The position numbers and the translations under genes are program-made. Source: Sminthopsis crassicaudata (taxonomy: Eukaryota). Taken from it: 64,000 nucleotides of DNA. Shown piece by piece: positions 11,617 to 24,457 of this stretch. How positions within the stretch are numbered: position 1 is the first letter of the stretch; each line of letters begins with the position of its first letter. The notes beneath the pieces were generated by a model. It ran no database searches. It had not been told where the DNA came from and saw only the letters and a program-made list of their open reading frames with translations. The stretch is taken from the NCBI RefSeq assembly GCF_048593235.1, contig NC_133617.1, positions 674,726,958 through 674,790,957 on the forward strand, in the 5' to 3' direction.

Positions 11617-13483
11617 ACTACTAGTCCCAAAATGAGTTATTATTGTCAAGCTCCTACATCATTGACTCTCTCTACGCATCTTACTGAATGTGTTATAGAA
11701 ACTATGCAGCAGGGCTTTAATTTAGAGGAGCTAGAAAAAAACAACATGGGTACCATTAAAGGTTAGTAAGACCTACTTTCTCTTGTTTTGTTTGGACTTC
11801 ATGCTAATCTATCTGTTAAGGATACATTAGATTTCTTTTCCTAGCCATCAGGTGTCCCAGATTGTCAAGTAGCATTCTATTCCAGTACTCTGGTCTGACT
11901 AATGGCATAACGGAGGAAAGTGATGTGCCTGAGGAACTTCCGAGACAGGAAGAGAATGAAGAGGATTTTCTGTATGAAGAGGACGACGACGACGACGACG
12001 ATGACGACGAGGAGGAGGAGGAGGAAGATGAGGATGAAGAAAATGATGTAAGATTGCTTTTAGAAATCCTTTAGTTTTTAAGCAACCAGTAGAAACCCTC
12101 TTCAAGATGCTTCAATGTCATCTTTGAAATATTCCAAAAAAGAGGGAACTTCTAATTTTGTTGTTTCATGTATGGAGCAAGAGCAGGATGTAAGAAAAAG
12201 ATTGTAGCTGTAGCTAATGTGGAAAGATTTTTCTGTGCACTGGGACACCCAAATAAAAGCCTTTAGTAAGCCCTTCCATTTGCAAAATGAGGGAACAAGA
12301 TCATAGAATATCAGCAGAATCCTTCTAGCTTGAGAGTTTTTAATTGGGTCTTTGGATATATCTCGGGGTCCATGAACTTGGATTGGCTGGGGAGACATTT
12401 TTACTACAAGCAATCCCTTTTAGGCTACATGTGTACAAATTGCATAGCTAAGATGGCATTTACTTTGGGACAGTTTTACCACTCAACTTTTTGTTGTTTA
12501 TTATTAAACTGAACTCTTGGCTAATATGTTAGCTGTGCCTTTGAGTCACCTGAAGTTTAGATAACTGAGTCAATAAATTTAAAAGTTGGCAAATAGCACA
12601 GGACTAAGTAAAGTTTCATGGGGTACCTTGCTAGGGACCTTCCAAAATGGTAACTGAGTCATGACTTATTATTGCATTTTCAAATCCGCCTAAATATGTT
12701 ACATAAGAAAATAACATTTCTTCTTTACCACCCTGTGGGTTCTCCTTCCCTTTCTCCATGATTGACTCTGCTATCTTAGTTTGCAGTTTATTTGGGTCCT
12801 GGTAATTTGAGTGCATCAAAGACAGCTCAATGTTGTTTTTTCCTACTTATCCTCAGTAGCAACTCCTTTTCATTTGTTTTTGTCTTTTGCATTCTAAAGA
12901 TTCTCAGAAAAACAAGCATGTTAATAGAGTAGCTATCTCTTCATTGTCTTTTTAAGTCTTTTTCTTATCCTTAGCTCTTAACTTTTTCAATAAAGTAACC
13001 TTCTACAGTCAGTCCATTTGAGGATCTTATTTTACCAGGTGATACTTTAAAGGATAATTCTGCCATGTCCCATGGTTTTATTGTAATGAAATTCAAATCT
13101 TTATTGCTTGGGAAATGGGGGAGGAAGATTATTTACTTGGAGCTACCTTTGCTTCTATCTCAAACTCCATTCCAAAAGATCAACTGAATATAATGTATTC
13201 CCCACAGGAAATAAGGTTAGAGACCAAAAGACTTAAACTTGAAGAAGTACCATTGGAGGAAGAACTCCACTCAGGTATGTCTAGAGTTAACGAATTGTAG
13301 AATTCATTGTTATATTTATCTATAGTTTAGAATGCTATGATTTGATAGATATTTTCACAGTGCTTTTCTTTTTCTTTATAAATAGGTAAAAATTTAAGTG
13401 CTAGAGAAGAAAAGTCTCTTCGTGTGGATAAGATAATAGAGGAAGAAGATGATACTTACAATTTCAATACCGATTTTGTGTAA
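2525..13483 (+). CDS. GNL3: Guanine nucleotide-binding protein-like 3 (nucleostemin), 15 coding exons, 558 aa
   Basis: Exons: 2525-2537, 3551-3609, 4055-4192, 4343-4450, 6384-6467, 7366-7501, 8144-8250, 9058-9178, 10114-10201, 10620-10794, 11387-11529, 11625-11761, 11845-12047, 13208-13274, 13386-13483 (1677 nt, all GT-AG, frame-consistent). Protein starts [24 protein letters not shown]. Circularly permuted GTPase motifs [21 protein letters not shown]. Ends [11 protein letters not shown]. The exon 8 acceptor is weak but the only in-frame choice. Confidence 0.97.
5475..5680 (+). mobile_element. MIR SINE
   Basis: Core ctctgaaccttagtttctcttatctgtaaaatgaagg and 3' part aggatcaaatgaga. Confidence 0.75.
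7193..7316 (+). ncRNA. Candidate orphan box C/D RNA in GNL3 intron 5 (position resembles human SNORD136, from memory)
   Basis: C-like TTGATGT 7196-7202 (or GTGATAT 7205-7211), 11-bp hairpin GTGTTCTGGTT 7220-7230 / AATCAGAACAC 7237-7247, D box CTGA 7308-7311, 54 nt before the 3' splice site. C box degenerate. Confidence 0.45.
7553..7621 (+). ncRNA. SNORD19: Box C/D snoRNA SNORD19 (18S rRNA Gm683 guide), GNL3 intron 6
   Basis: Terminal stem TGAGG/CCTCA, C-like ATGAGGA 7559-7565, D' CTGA 7581-7584, C' TTGAAGA 7591-7597, guide AAGATCCAACT 7602-7612 (complement of 18S AGUUGGAUCUU), D box CTGA 7613-7616. Confidence 0.9.
8310..8381 (+). ncRNA. SNORD19B: SNORD19-family snoRNA (SNORD19B-like), GNL3 intron 7
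   Basis: 8-bp stem GGTTGAAA/TTTCAACC, C box GTGATGA 8319-8325, C' GTGAAGA 8348-8354, guide AAGATCCAACT 8359-8369, D box CTGA 8370-8373. Paralog name assigned from intron position. Confidence 0.88.
9867..9938 (+). ncRNA. SNORD19C: SNORD19-family snoRNA (SNORD19C-like), GNL3 intron 8
   Basis: Stem GAGTGA/TCACTC, C-like ATGAAGA 9876-9882, C' GTGAAGA 9906-9912, guide GAGATCCAACT 9916-9926, D box CTGA 9927-9930. Paralog name assigned from intron position. Confidence 0.85.
10471..10545 (+). ncRNA. SNORD69: Box C/D snoRNA SNORD69 (28S rRNA guide), GNL3 intron 9
   Basis: 9-bp stem ACATGAAGC/GCTTCATGT, perfect C box ATGATGA 10482-10488, D' CTGA 10499-10502, guide CAATCCAAC (complement of 28S GUUGGAUUG), D box CTGA 10533-10536. 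Confidence 0.92.
11976..12047 (+). repeat. Coding (GAC)n/(GAG)n trinucleotide repeat giving a poly-Asp/Glu tract in GNL3 exon 13
   Basis: GACx6 (11982-11999) GAT GACx2 GAGx5 GAA..., encoding [24 protein letters not shown]. Confidence 0.95.
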
Positions 13484-14407
13484 TGAAATCCTCTTATGAA
13501 GTTGCTGAATTGCCTTTAATTGATCGCTGAGTTATCTTCATACAAGACTGTATATACTGCAGCAAAAATGGTTTTGGTATAGGAAACATGTACAGCAGTT
13601 ATTATTTGTAAATATGTACAAAATTTTTGAACAAATGGGTAGCTGATATGAAAATACATAAAAGTAAGTATTTTGTCACCATTGACTTATTTATATCCTG
13701 AGGCTGCATCTTGATTTTTACAATTCAAAAAAGAGATTGAGGTTCAGGTTAAATGACTTGTATGGATTAACAGTATTCTATGAACTTTTGGACACTTTTG
13801 GTCCTAACAGATTTAGTCTTTAATGGAAGTGAATAGATAATTTGAAGATGAGTGTATTTTCAAATTTTATTTTCAGAATAAGATCAAAAACTCTTTAAAT
13901 TATGACAGCATTGGGGAACTCTAAGTCAACAAAACTAGGAGGCATAACTTTTTGAAAGAAACAAGAAACCATAACTGTAGTATATTTTAAAAACTTAAAA
14001 GAATGTAAACATGCTTCAAAAGTGGGTTTCATGCAAAGTTAAAAGTATCATACAAAGCCACAGGTTACATGAGTAGAACAAAAACAGCAGCATTTAACTA
14101 ACTGCAAGATGGCTCAACAGTCCTAGGGAAAGTGTACCACTCACTTCTGGTCAAATACTCTCCATATAATAACAATAAAAATTAAAATATTTTTTTCCTC
14201 AAGTAAGGCAGGTGTAGATTAGTTTTCATATTATAGTTGAAAGAATTTAGAAGAAACTTCATGGTATTTGAGTCTGTTGATTTTCCTGTGTAGCACACAG
14301 AAAAATTATCAACATTATGGAAGACATTTTCCCAACTAGTACTATTCTTCAGAATTTCCTGAGAAAATATTGGTAGTGTATATTCAATTTCACTCTGGTG
14401 GTCTATT

Positions 14408-17400
14408 TTACTCCGCATTTGCAATTTCTCCATGTCTTCGAATTAGGCTGAATTTTCCTGTTGGGTCTGGAATATACCATTTTTCCCAAATGTCAGCATA
14501 AGAAGCAGTTCTTCCCCAGGGCTTAAAGTGTCCATTCCAGTGAAGTAGTTTGGCAGCCTTGACAAACTGAGGTGAATATCGCTTTCCGGCACTAGAGCCT
14601 TCCATTAACAAAACAAAATATACATGTACATATATACATTAACATATATACTATTAATAATATATACTTGGTTTTATGAGTAAAGAAATTTTAAAATTTG
14701 ATTACCTACCAAGGTGTCGGACGTTCCACATGGGGTCAATATTTGAATGTTGTTTATAAAACACGATGAGCAAGGGAGGTGTTGTAATGCTGCCTGCCAG
14801 TGTTCTACTGTATAATTCTTCTCTAGAGGAATAAACAAAAAGCCATTGAGGTGTACCATAAGCTCCAGATATTGAATTAAATGCTAATAACTTTAATAAT
14901 TAAACTTACTCTACATTAAGTTTCATCCACTTTTCCAATTGATAAGTAATGTTTTGTTGTTTCCATTCTGTTAAATTTGCAACAAAAACCCCAGGATTAA
15001 AAGAGCAGGTGCTAGCTTTCATGGCAAGATTTCGAATCCTTTTTTTCTTATAGTCCAAAAATCCAATATAATTATACTGTGAACAGAATTATGATGCAGT
15101 TTAATTTTTAGACAGAATAATGAAGTTGAAATATTGTATAATCAAGTTCCATATTAATATGGAAAAATTTTCTGAGAAAGTATAACATGAAATTCTGTAA
15201 TGAGAGAGAAGAAATGGCACCCTAGGCAATTAGAGTGGTGGTGGAAGTGAAGGTAGGAAGGAGGATGGAAAACTCAGGCTAGAGAGCAGCAAACATTAAA
15301 AAATGGGACATTGTTACCAGTGCACTAAGAATAATGCCATTTTGTTGACATTGGTGTCATTAATTAAAATTGTGTGGATATCAGAACAGTAACTTTAGTA
15401 ATTATTTAGCTTATGTTTTGATAAGTGATTCACCTGATTCCCTGCTCCATGGACGATAACTTTCGCAGAAGTTGAATCGCAATCTTCTGAAAAAGCAGCT
15501 GCATGCCCAGGCTTCAACGGTGTATTATAAAGGGCAAGAATATCACCTGGAAGAGTAAAAAAAATGCCTCAAGAGGCCTTGAATGAACCAAGGTTTCAAT
15601 AAAAATTACAGTTAAAAGTCCTAATGACTTAAAATGAAATTTGGTGAGATGGACAAAAAGTTGAGACCATGAGGAAAAAAGGTACCTTGTACGATTATAT
15701 CATCATCCATATATATTGCTTTTTCTGCATTGGGAACCAAGTTAGGCAGATAGAATCTTGCAAAGGTTAACTGTTAAAAAAGAAGGAAATGTAAATGTAA
15801 ATGGCTTGTAACATATTTACGTGGGACTTTAAAGATGGAAGGCTTTAGTTTTGCAGGGCTAGATGTTTTAAAGGATCTTCCTGCAGTGGTCTAGATCTGG
15901 TCCCTTAAAGTTGTGTATGTCACAGTCACAAAATTTTTTTATTGTATATATAATATATACAACCAATTTTTTAACAACTCTACTAATTTTGTACTGCCAC
16001 GAAAAGCTCCAAGCACCCCTTTGTCATGTGAACCCCACAAGTTACCAGTTTCAGACTTCTCCTAGATACAAATGATGGATAGTACTCACTGGCTTCACGG
16101 AGTCCACCTGTTTAGGATCCACCTTTACTTTCCCTTCCAAAAGTTGAGGGTCAAAATCCACAATTTTGTATTTGATGTTTTTCAGAGAGCCACTATTGAG
16201 CCAGGATCTGACCATGGTAAAACACCAAGTGTCATGTCAGTCTTAGTATGTAAATGATCTTGTTTCAATTAAAAAAAAAATCAGATAAATGTGTCTCATT
16301 CTTTTAGCAACTTAGTACCAAAAATTTCACTGCATTCTGACTACCTATCTACTGCTTCTTATGATCTAAAGCCCTGACATAATAGACTATGTTGAGTGAC
16401 CAGTCTTACTCTGTGAGTAGTAAAGTGAGGAGACTGAACTAGTTGGGCTCTAAGGGGCCTTCCAGCTTTAGATCTATAATGCCATGAATCTGGGGTTTGG
16501 CTATTACATTTTAGAAATTGAGATTGTTCCAGTAAACACATAAAAGTCTTATAATCTGAAATATGACAAGCCCCAAAGGAAAATTCTGAGTGAATTTTTG
16601 GTCAAGTTGCTTCCCCTCTTTTGGTCTCACTTCCCTCTAAAATGAGGGGCTCAGCTTTATCTGAAAATAAAAAGCTTAGTTGCTAAATATGTGGCACATA
16701 TATGTAATGGACCATTACTGTGAGAAAAGACAAATATGAAGGCAGAGAAGCAAATATATATAAAATAAATTTTTTTAAAAAAGTGAAATGATGTCAAGTG
16801 AAGTAAACTGAGCAAGAAAACAATGTAGACAATGTCTACGACAATATGTGGAAAAAACAGTAATTTAAAACATATAAAACTACAGAGAACCAATTTGGCC
16901 CCAAAGAAGAGCTACAAGATGTTTTTTCCTATTTGTGGAGATGGCAGGAAGTAGGGAGTAGAGGTCCCATGGGTATGGAACATTACATGTGGCAAATGTT
17001 TTCTGTGTACTGATCAGTTTTACTGAAGATTATTTTTAATGTGAGGAGTGGCTCTGAGAAGAGTACAGAGAAATTGAGGCAATGTAAAAAAGATAGTAAA
17101 AAAAAAACAATATTGTAATGGGAGCAGAAAGAAAATAGAACAATTCTTTCCTCTCTATTTTCACCACACTGCCTCCTAAATATATTCTGCCCCAGGAAAG
17201 AGTTGAGTGCAAAAGCATCTACTGTCCTTAAAAGAAGTATTTTCCTACATTTGTGACTAATTTATAGTATACTTTGGATACTCAATACATGCAATTTTAA
17301 CAGTTTAAAAGCTGTATTTATTTATTCCTGGGCTGGGTTGGGGGCAGCAGGAATAGGACTATAAGACCCTCCAAATAGCATTGTCAACAGTGAAGGTTGG

Positions 17401-18858
17401 GAGCCAGCCCTTGAGTAAAGGGGATTGGAGTTCAAATCTGACCTCAAAAACTTGACAGTTATCAGATGTGTGACTCTGGGCATGTCACTTGCCCACTTGC
17501 CCCCCCCATAGCCAGGCCAAAAGAAAAGGGTGAAGGGCGAGATTCCTGCTACCATCCTAGTTGTAACACCATGGGCAGGTCACATGTCTGAGCTTCCATT
17601 TCCTTGTTTTGTAATATCTTAGCACTGTGATATTCACAGTGTTATAGTGAGGAAAGAGCAGGAAATAGCTATCTTTAAACAGTTAAAAAAACATTTTCAA
17701 ATTCTGATGAGCTTTTTAAAGTTTTTTTCTTTACTAAAAGCTTTTCTTTAGGACTCTAATGTTTTATGCCTGTGTATGTTGCATTAGGTGGTATGGCCTT
17801 CCAGGTCTTCCCGATTCCTCTTCTTTTGTAGGACAGTATTAAGAACTGAAACAGGAGCTTACCTGAGATGATCCACAGTATCGTTCAAAGTAACAATGTA
17901 GAAAATCACATTGGAGCGAGTATTATGGTAAATACTATTCATCACTGCAATTGTGCCCCCAAGTCTATCTTCAGATGCTGCAATGACTACTGGAATCTCT
18001 TCACTCCTAAAGATCAAACTTTCAGGAGCATTAGGCACAAAGGCAAGTGGTTGAAATCCCACAAGATTTGGATCTGTAGAAGACATAATGGTAAAGAGAT
18101 AACCACTAGATATACAAAATCCAAGAAATGGAGAGGGAAAAGAAATGGTAATAAAGTGCCATAATTCTTTCTACAAGTTGTTACAGGGGACTTTTTTTTT
18201 TTTTTTTTTTTTTTGCTCTGGCTTTCTATTCTAAAGCACTAATCATCCAAGCCTAAAAGGAAAGGGATGTGGATGATGATTTCAGTAGACCTGAAAGTCA
18301 AATTAGCTTGGTTAAGCTAATCAAAATTGTGCTGGAGGGATGTCTGTATGCTGTAAGCTAGTGTGCTGGAAATCAAATTTGAGGAATAATCCTACGCTTA
18401 TTAATGCATACGTGATGCTTTAAGATCTTCAAAGCACTTTCCACACATTATGAGATGTTAACATTCCTCTCTTTCCCTCCCAAAGTCTATAAGATCTTTT
18501 ACAATAATAAAAGTTTACTTTTCCCTCCCCTTTCTCCTGTATAAGTAATTTGCCATTTAGAAGTAAAAAGATTACTGAACTACAGCTTCTCTTTTAACCC
18601 ACCATATCAAGGCAGAATTGTCATTTACTTTATAAGACCAATAAGATCACTGTACCTGAGACCTCCCTTTTTAACAAATCGCTCAGACCAAGGAAGTTAT
18701 GATGCAAAACTAGTAAAAAGAGAGTGACAGCAAAGACTAGGATGATGATGTTAACTAAAACAAAAAAGAGAAAGAAGAGTTAAATGTCGTCTTTGCTATT
18801 TAACCAATTCCAAAAAAGTTACAACTTGGAGAGAGCATGTACCTTTACGGAATGACAT
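14408..18858 (-). CDS. GLT8D1: Glycosyltransferase 8 domain-containing protein 1, 9 coding exons, 370 aa
   Basis: Coding exons (-): 18858-18843, 18754-18656, 18073-17863, 16207-16090, 15770-15686, 15546-15434, 15076-14910, 14822-14710, 14598-14408 (1113 nt, GT-AG). MSFRKVNIIILVFAVTLFLLVLHHN type II signal-anchor, GT8 DxD motif YMDDD, C-terminal LLHWNGHFKPWGR. Confidence 0.97.
16650..17240 (+). mobile_element. Old L1 3' end fragment
   Basis: Degenerate ORF2 C-terminal/3' UTR-like sequence. Approximate. Confidence 0.5.
17380..17520 (+). mobile_element. Diverged tRNA-derived marsupial SINE (WSINE/MAR-like)
   Basis: B-box-like ggagttcaaatctgacc and tgtgtgactctgggcatgtcactt core. Confidence 0.65.
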
Positions 18859-19519
18859 TTTTCCTTTCAACCTTAAAGGAATGTCACTTTAAATACCTGC
18901 AAGAGAAAAAAATTAAAGTTACTGTGTGCACTTAGCTGTAGCAGTTAAATTTTCTGGTGGCATTTCCATGAAGATTAGCAATAAAGATTCCAAACATGCT
19001 ACTTCTAAAAGTGATCCAATGTCCCAAGTATGAGCTTGAAGTACTGCTCCAATAGTAAAGTCAACCAAAAAATAAAAATTGGTTCAATATCAAGTAATGC
19101 ACATTATTCTTTGCTACTATATTACATTTATCTTAAAATTCTAATTCCCCTATTTTATATTAGTGTTGAAGTACAATTCTATTGTATGTACTCTGAATCT
19201 TCAGGAAACTTTCATCCAACTAAATATCAGCTGCTATACCAGTAATTATGGTCTATGCTTTGTTGGAGTGCTAAAAGATAAAAACAATACCTATCAAAGG
19301 AAAGGATATCAATTTAAGAATCAAACAAAAAGTTATGGAGGGAGTAAAAGAAGGTGTGATAGAGGTGGAAGAAAGTAAAATCAAAAAAAGTCCTATTTTA
19401 AATACCTAGTTTTTTTAAGATTCAATAACTCCTTATGAGTCCTGATGCTGTATGTCACTGTTGGAATCAGCTTGTTATATGTCTGAAGATATAGTTTCTA
19501 GTTTGTGTATTTTTTGCTT

Positions 19520-19960
19520 TTATGCACAGGTTCCCATTCAATATTAGGAAAGGCTTCCTGTAGAAGGTGGAACTTTAGCTGGGACTTGAAGAAGCCAGGA
19601 GGTAAAGATGAGAGGGGAAAGAGCATTCCAAGAAATGGAATAATGAATTATTGAGAAACAAGGAACTTAAGTGTCACTGGATCATGGAAGAAAGGTGGGG
19701 GGTGGAGTGAGGGGAGAAGGTAGGTTGTGAGGGCCTTTGAAGGCCAAGAAGGGTTATTTGATCTTTAAGATAATAAGGAATCAGTGGGATTTATTAACTA
19801 GAGGGGTGATAGGATCAAATCTGTACTTTAGGAAAATCATTTGGACAGTTACTCAACTGGAAGATGGAGTGCAATAGGAAAGACTTGTGGCAGACAGCCA
19901 AACCAGCAGGCTGCTGCAATTGTCAGGCATAAGATGCCAAGGACCTGCATCAGAGAGGTG
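19520..19960 (+). mobile_element. L2 LINE fragment
   Basis: Purine-rich L2-like body (ggaaaggcttcctgtagaaggtggaactttagctgggacttgaag). Approximate. Confidence 0.6.
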
Positions 19961-21759
19961 ACAGGGTGTCAGGGGAGAAGAGAGGACACATGTGACAGAT
20001 ATCATGAAGTTAAAACAGATTTTTCACTTTCAATAGGCCTAGAAGTCTTTTACTTACTGAGAGAAATGATGAATTCTAATAAACATATTGGTATATTAAG
20101 AAGCAGAATTGTTCCAAAATTAAGGAAATTCCTAAATGAACTATGGAAACATGCTACAAGTTATGAAAGGTTAAGAAATTTATCTGAGATGGAGATAAAT
20201 ATGTTTTTGGCTTAGGAAATCCTGATTTAAATTAAACCACAGTGAAAATTAATGAGACTTTAAAAATGAGACATAAAAAGCATATACATCTAATGTGATA
20301 AAAGTGTATTTTTAAAACAATTCATGGTAAAAACTGAACTTAATGACAAATTTGGTAAAACAAGTTACTGTGGTAAAAACACATTCAGCAAATTAAACTT
20401 TTTTAAAAAAAGATGTATACGTCATGTTTACTATAGATCAATAATTTAACTATTTTGCTTTAGTCCCAAATAATCTGCATACAATTGAATGCTAAACCTA
20501 CCTTAAAATAGGATGGTAATTTCTGTTACAAAAATGACCACGTACACATCACTATCAGGATTTTTAAATTTTGGATGAACTTTTATTTAAATAGAAATAT
20601 TCACAAAAGTTCTACACTTATCTTAAATCTTTAATCATGGAGATAATAACACATTCTATGCCAGTAAAACACAAGCTTTCAATGGAAAGATCCTGACCAA
20701 TGTCAACATTGGGTTAAATACTTTATGATGAAATAAAATATAAATGTAAAGTCTCCTATCTGTGAAGCTGACTGTACCCAAATGTAAGATAAGGGAAGCA
20801 ATCAGACTGCAGTTCATTTTAAAAAGATCTGAGGATTTTAGTGAACTCCAAACTCAGATGTATCAATAGTATGATGTTGCAGAGGTAAAAGCTAATGCAA
20901 TGTAAGGCTGAACTAAAGGAATAATTGACCAAGACTAGATTGGTAATGGTCCTGATTAGAACATCTGAGATATCCTGAAATAAACTCAGCAGAGTTTAGG
21001 AAGGAACTAATAAGCTGGAATGTAACTAAGATAGTGAAAGCAAATTTAGGATTACTCTAAGTTAAAATCTTCCTTGTAATTAGACTGAGCCCAGAGTAGA
21101 ATGTACTACCTTAGAAGGTGAAAGGCTTTTACTGACCCTACTCCTCCCAACATAATGTTTTCAAGCAAAGACTTTATCTAGTTGTGTAGGAGATTCTTGT
21201 TCAGATACATGTTAACCTAGTTGGCCTTTGAGGTCCCATCCAACTTTGAGTTTCAGTGATGCTGAGTATGGTCCTAGTAAAAGCTTCCATCTGTTTTTCT
21301 GTGGATCAGCCTAAGAAAGAAAGGTTCGGCATCATAAAGTTAGCCACTAGACACTATCTTAAGCAATGGTGACACATGAAACACATGAAGATAAAATTTC
21401 AAAATGTTCCTCAGGCCCATTAGTGGCAAAGTGCAAAAAGGGATGAGAAGTGCTAAGAATCAGTTTTTAAACCATCAACATTTAATTTAATTGTTGCAAT
21501 TAAATGTAATAACTTTGGCCCACAAACAACTGGTGAATTTCCTAAAAGAAATTGAGCCACACCTATACTGAAATGCTTGTAACTAAAATGAAAAAAACAA
21601 CATAAAGAAGTTGCAAATTAATGGGTGCACTGCTTACGTGCTTTCTTTAGAGATGTAATAAAGGATGTGATAGATATAGTTTGTGCACTCAACCATATCT
21701 TTAATGAGAAATGTAAATTAAAACTCAGGTATTACCTCATATCAAGTAAAATGGAAAAA

Positions 21760-22560
21760 ATTATACTGCCACAGCCCCTCCATCCCCCAAATTGTCAAGG
21801 TTAAAGGTGCTTATGAGAAGACAAACTGAGAGACTATTGGTAGAGCTATCAAGTGGATCAACTATTCCATAGATCTCTATGCAATTGTTCAAAGAAAATG
21901 ACTAAAGTATTTATACTCTAACCAAGTAACTCCCTTAGTGGGAACATTCTCTAGGAAGTCAAAGACAAGAACAAAAGACCAATATAACTCAAGATATTCA
22001 GAGTATAACCCTTTCTAGTAATGAAAACTGGGAGGAAGAGTAGGAAAGAGTTGACTGAAAGACATTTAGTCTATAAATGTACAATAATATTTTATGATAA
22101 ATGCCTAATATGAAGAATTTAAAGAAACATGGGAAGATTTGCACAAACAGATGACGCAGAATGAAATAATCAATATGAATGAAAAGATCACTCTGAAGAA
22201 GGTAGACACTGAGTAATAGAAAAAAATCTACAAATATTCCCCAAAAGAGTTAATGAAACAGCTCTCTTCGAACCTCATAGCACAGAAGTGGACTCTAAGG
22301 ATAGAATATTATATATATTGCCAGATGTAGTTTTGCTTAATTTTTTTTTTTCTTTGATACTAAACAGTGTTCAATGTGGAAAATAAAGAGCAACTGAAAT
22401 GATAGCTAAAAAACAATGCATTTGAAAAATTAAAAAAAAAAAATTCTCCAATATACCACTATGAATCCTCTTAGTGCTTGCTGAATTCTCTCTATTCAAA
22501 TGCTTATATTTATTTGTCCATGTTGATTCCCTCAAAACGTTTCTTTTATATTGCAATCCC
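21760..22560 (+). mobile_element. Old L1 ORF2 3' region fragment
   Basis: Degenerate L1 3' sequence ending in an A-rich tail. Approximate. Confidence 0.5.
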
Positions 22561-23414
22561 CAGCAACTAATGCAAGACCTTGCAATTTACTACTGAATTA
22601 ATAAATGCCCTCTAAAAGTTGCAAACAAATCATTATTTTCTGCTGAAGATAGTATTTTTGGAAATGTAACAACTATTTTGGTACAAAGTACTTCTCGTTA
22701 TCTATTAGCCTACCCTTAAAGAATTACTTTGTGTCATAGGAAATGTATCCAAAAGTACAGAAATAACTATCTGCTGCACTATACATATTACTAGGATGGG
22801 TCATTAGTATTTAAATGGTTTTGCAATGCAAAAAAAAAAATCTGTTACTCTTCTGGCTTTCCTTTGTTTAGCAATTATTCTTTTATAACTCATATTAATA
22901 TAGTACTTTCCAACAAAAAGTGAAGCTGAAAATGCAAATATTGTACTCATTATATAGTTAAGAAAACTGAATCTCAAGGAATTCAAGTAACTTAGACTAA
23001 TCACAAAACCAATAAGTGGCAGAACTCACTCAAACTCAGGTCTCCTGACTCTAATTTGATGTGCTTTCCTCAACAACAGTAGCATTTAAACTTGAGGTCC
23101 ACAGAGAGATTTCAGTGGGTCCAGAGTTTATTTTTTTAAAATATTGGTAACTACTCATTATTATTGGTTTCCTTTGTAATCCTATGCAATTTACTTTATG
23201 TATTTTAAAACATCATTCTGGGAAGGTGTGCCCTTTAAAGGATCTGCGACTCATCCCCCCTGCCCTATCCTCAACAATCAAATGACCAATTCTTAGACTA
23301 CTTACAAAAAAAATTACACAAAAGGCCCAAGAAGAAAGGCAGGGGAGAGGATGAGTATATGAAATTCCCCCCCCCCCTTTTTTTTTTCAGGTGAGTCAGA
23401 ATAAGAATATTATT

Positions 23415-23640
23415 TTAGCAGTGTAATGACCTGGAGCCTGGGCCTAGAGTCAAGAAGTCCTCAATTCAAATCCAGTTTACTGGCTGTAGGTCTTGGGAAA
23501 GTTGCTTAACCCTTATCTGCCTTGGTTTAGTCATCTGTAAAACAGGGATAAAAATAGCATCTCCCTCCTTGGGTTGCTTTCAGGGGAATGAATCAATGAA
23601 ATATTTGTGAAGCCCACAACACCTAACAGGTGCATAATAC
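23415..23640 (+). mobile_element. MIR SINE
   Basis: ctgggcctagagtcaagaagtcctcaattcaaatcc ... tcatctgtaaaacagggata. Confidence 0.75.
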
Positions 23641-23699
23641 TTTTTCCTTCAATCCCTGCTGCTGTTCTATCTCTTTTGTCTTTTGTAGCTAAACTCTTC

Positions 23700-24418
23700 A
23701 AAAAGGTCATTAACAGGTTCCTCAACTTTTTTCTTTCCTCTTTCGATAAGCCCTTTACAATCTAGCTTCTGATTTTATCATTCCATCAAAGCTGTTTTCT
23801 CCAAAGTTACCAATAATCTCAGAGTGGCCAATGGGGCCTTTTCTCAGTCCTCATTCACCTTGATTTCTCTGCTGTCTTTGACACTGTTGATCATTCTCTC
23901 TCTTCCTTGATACTCCCTTCTCTGCTCTCATTCTCCTTCCACCCATCTGCCTTCTCTGTCTCCTTTGCTGGATCCTCCTCCAGTTCATGGCCCCCAACTG
24001 CAGAAACCTTCAGGGTTCTTTCTATGCCACCTTCTCTTCTCCCTCTATACTAGTTCACTTGGTGATCTCATCAGCTTCCAAGAATTTAATTACTACCTCT
24101 TTGCTGATGATTCTCAAATCTACCTATCTTGTCCCAATCTCTCAGCAGATCTCCAACTCTTTCACACATGTCAAACTGGATGTCTTGTAGATATCTTAAA
24201 CTCAAGTGTGTCTTAAAACAAAATTTGTTATCTTTCTCTTAAACTCTAACCCATTCCCCTCCTACCTTCCCTATTACTGTAGGATAGAGATCAACACTAT
24301 CATCTCAGTTCCTCAGGCTCACAACTTAGAGAAGTCTTCATCTCTCAAATACCCCATCTAAACTGTTGCCAAGACCTGTGGATCTTACTCTGCAGCATCT
24401 CTCAAATATGTCCCCTTT

Positions 24419-24457
<39 letters not shown>

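Noticed and set aside
12102-12413. 103-aa antisense ORF in GNL3 intron 13
   Set aside because: No recognisable homology, splice context or coding signature.
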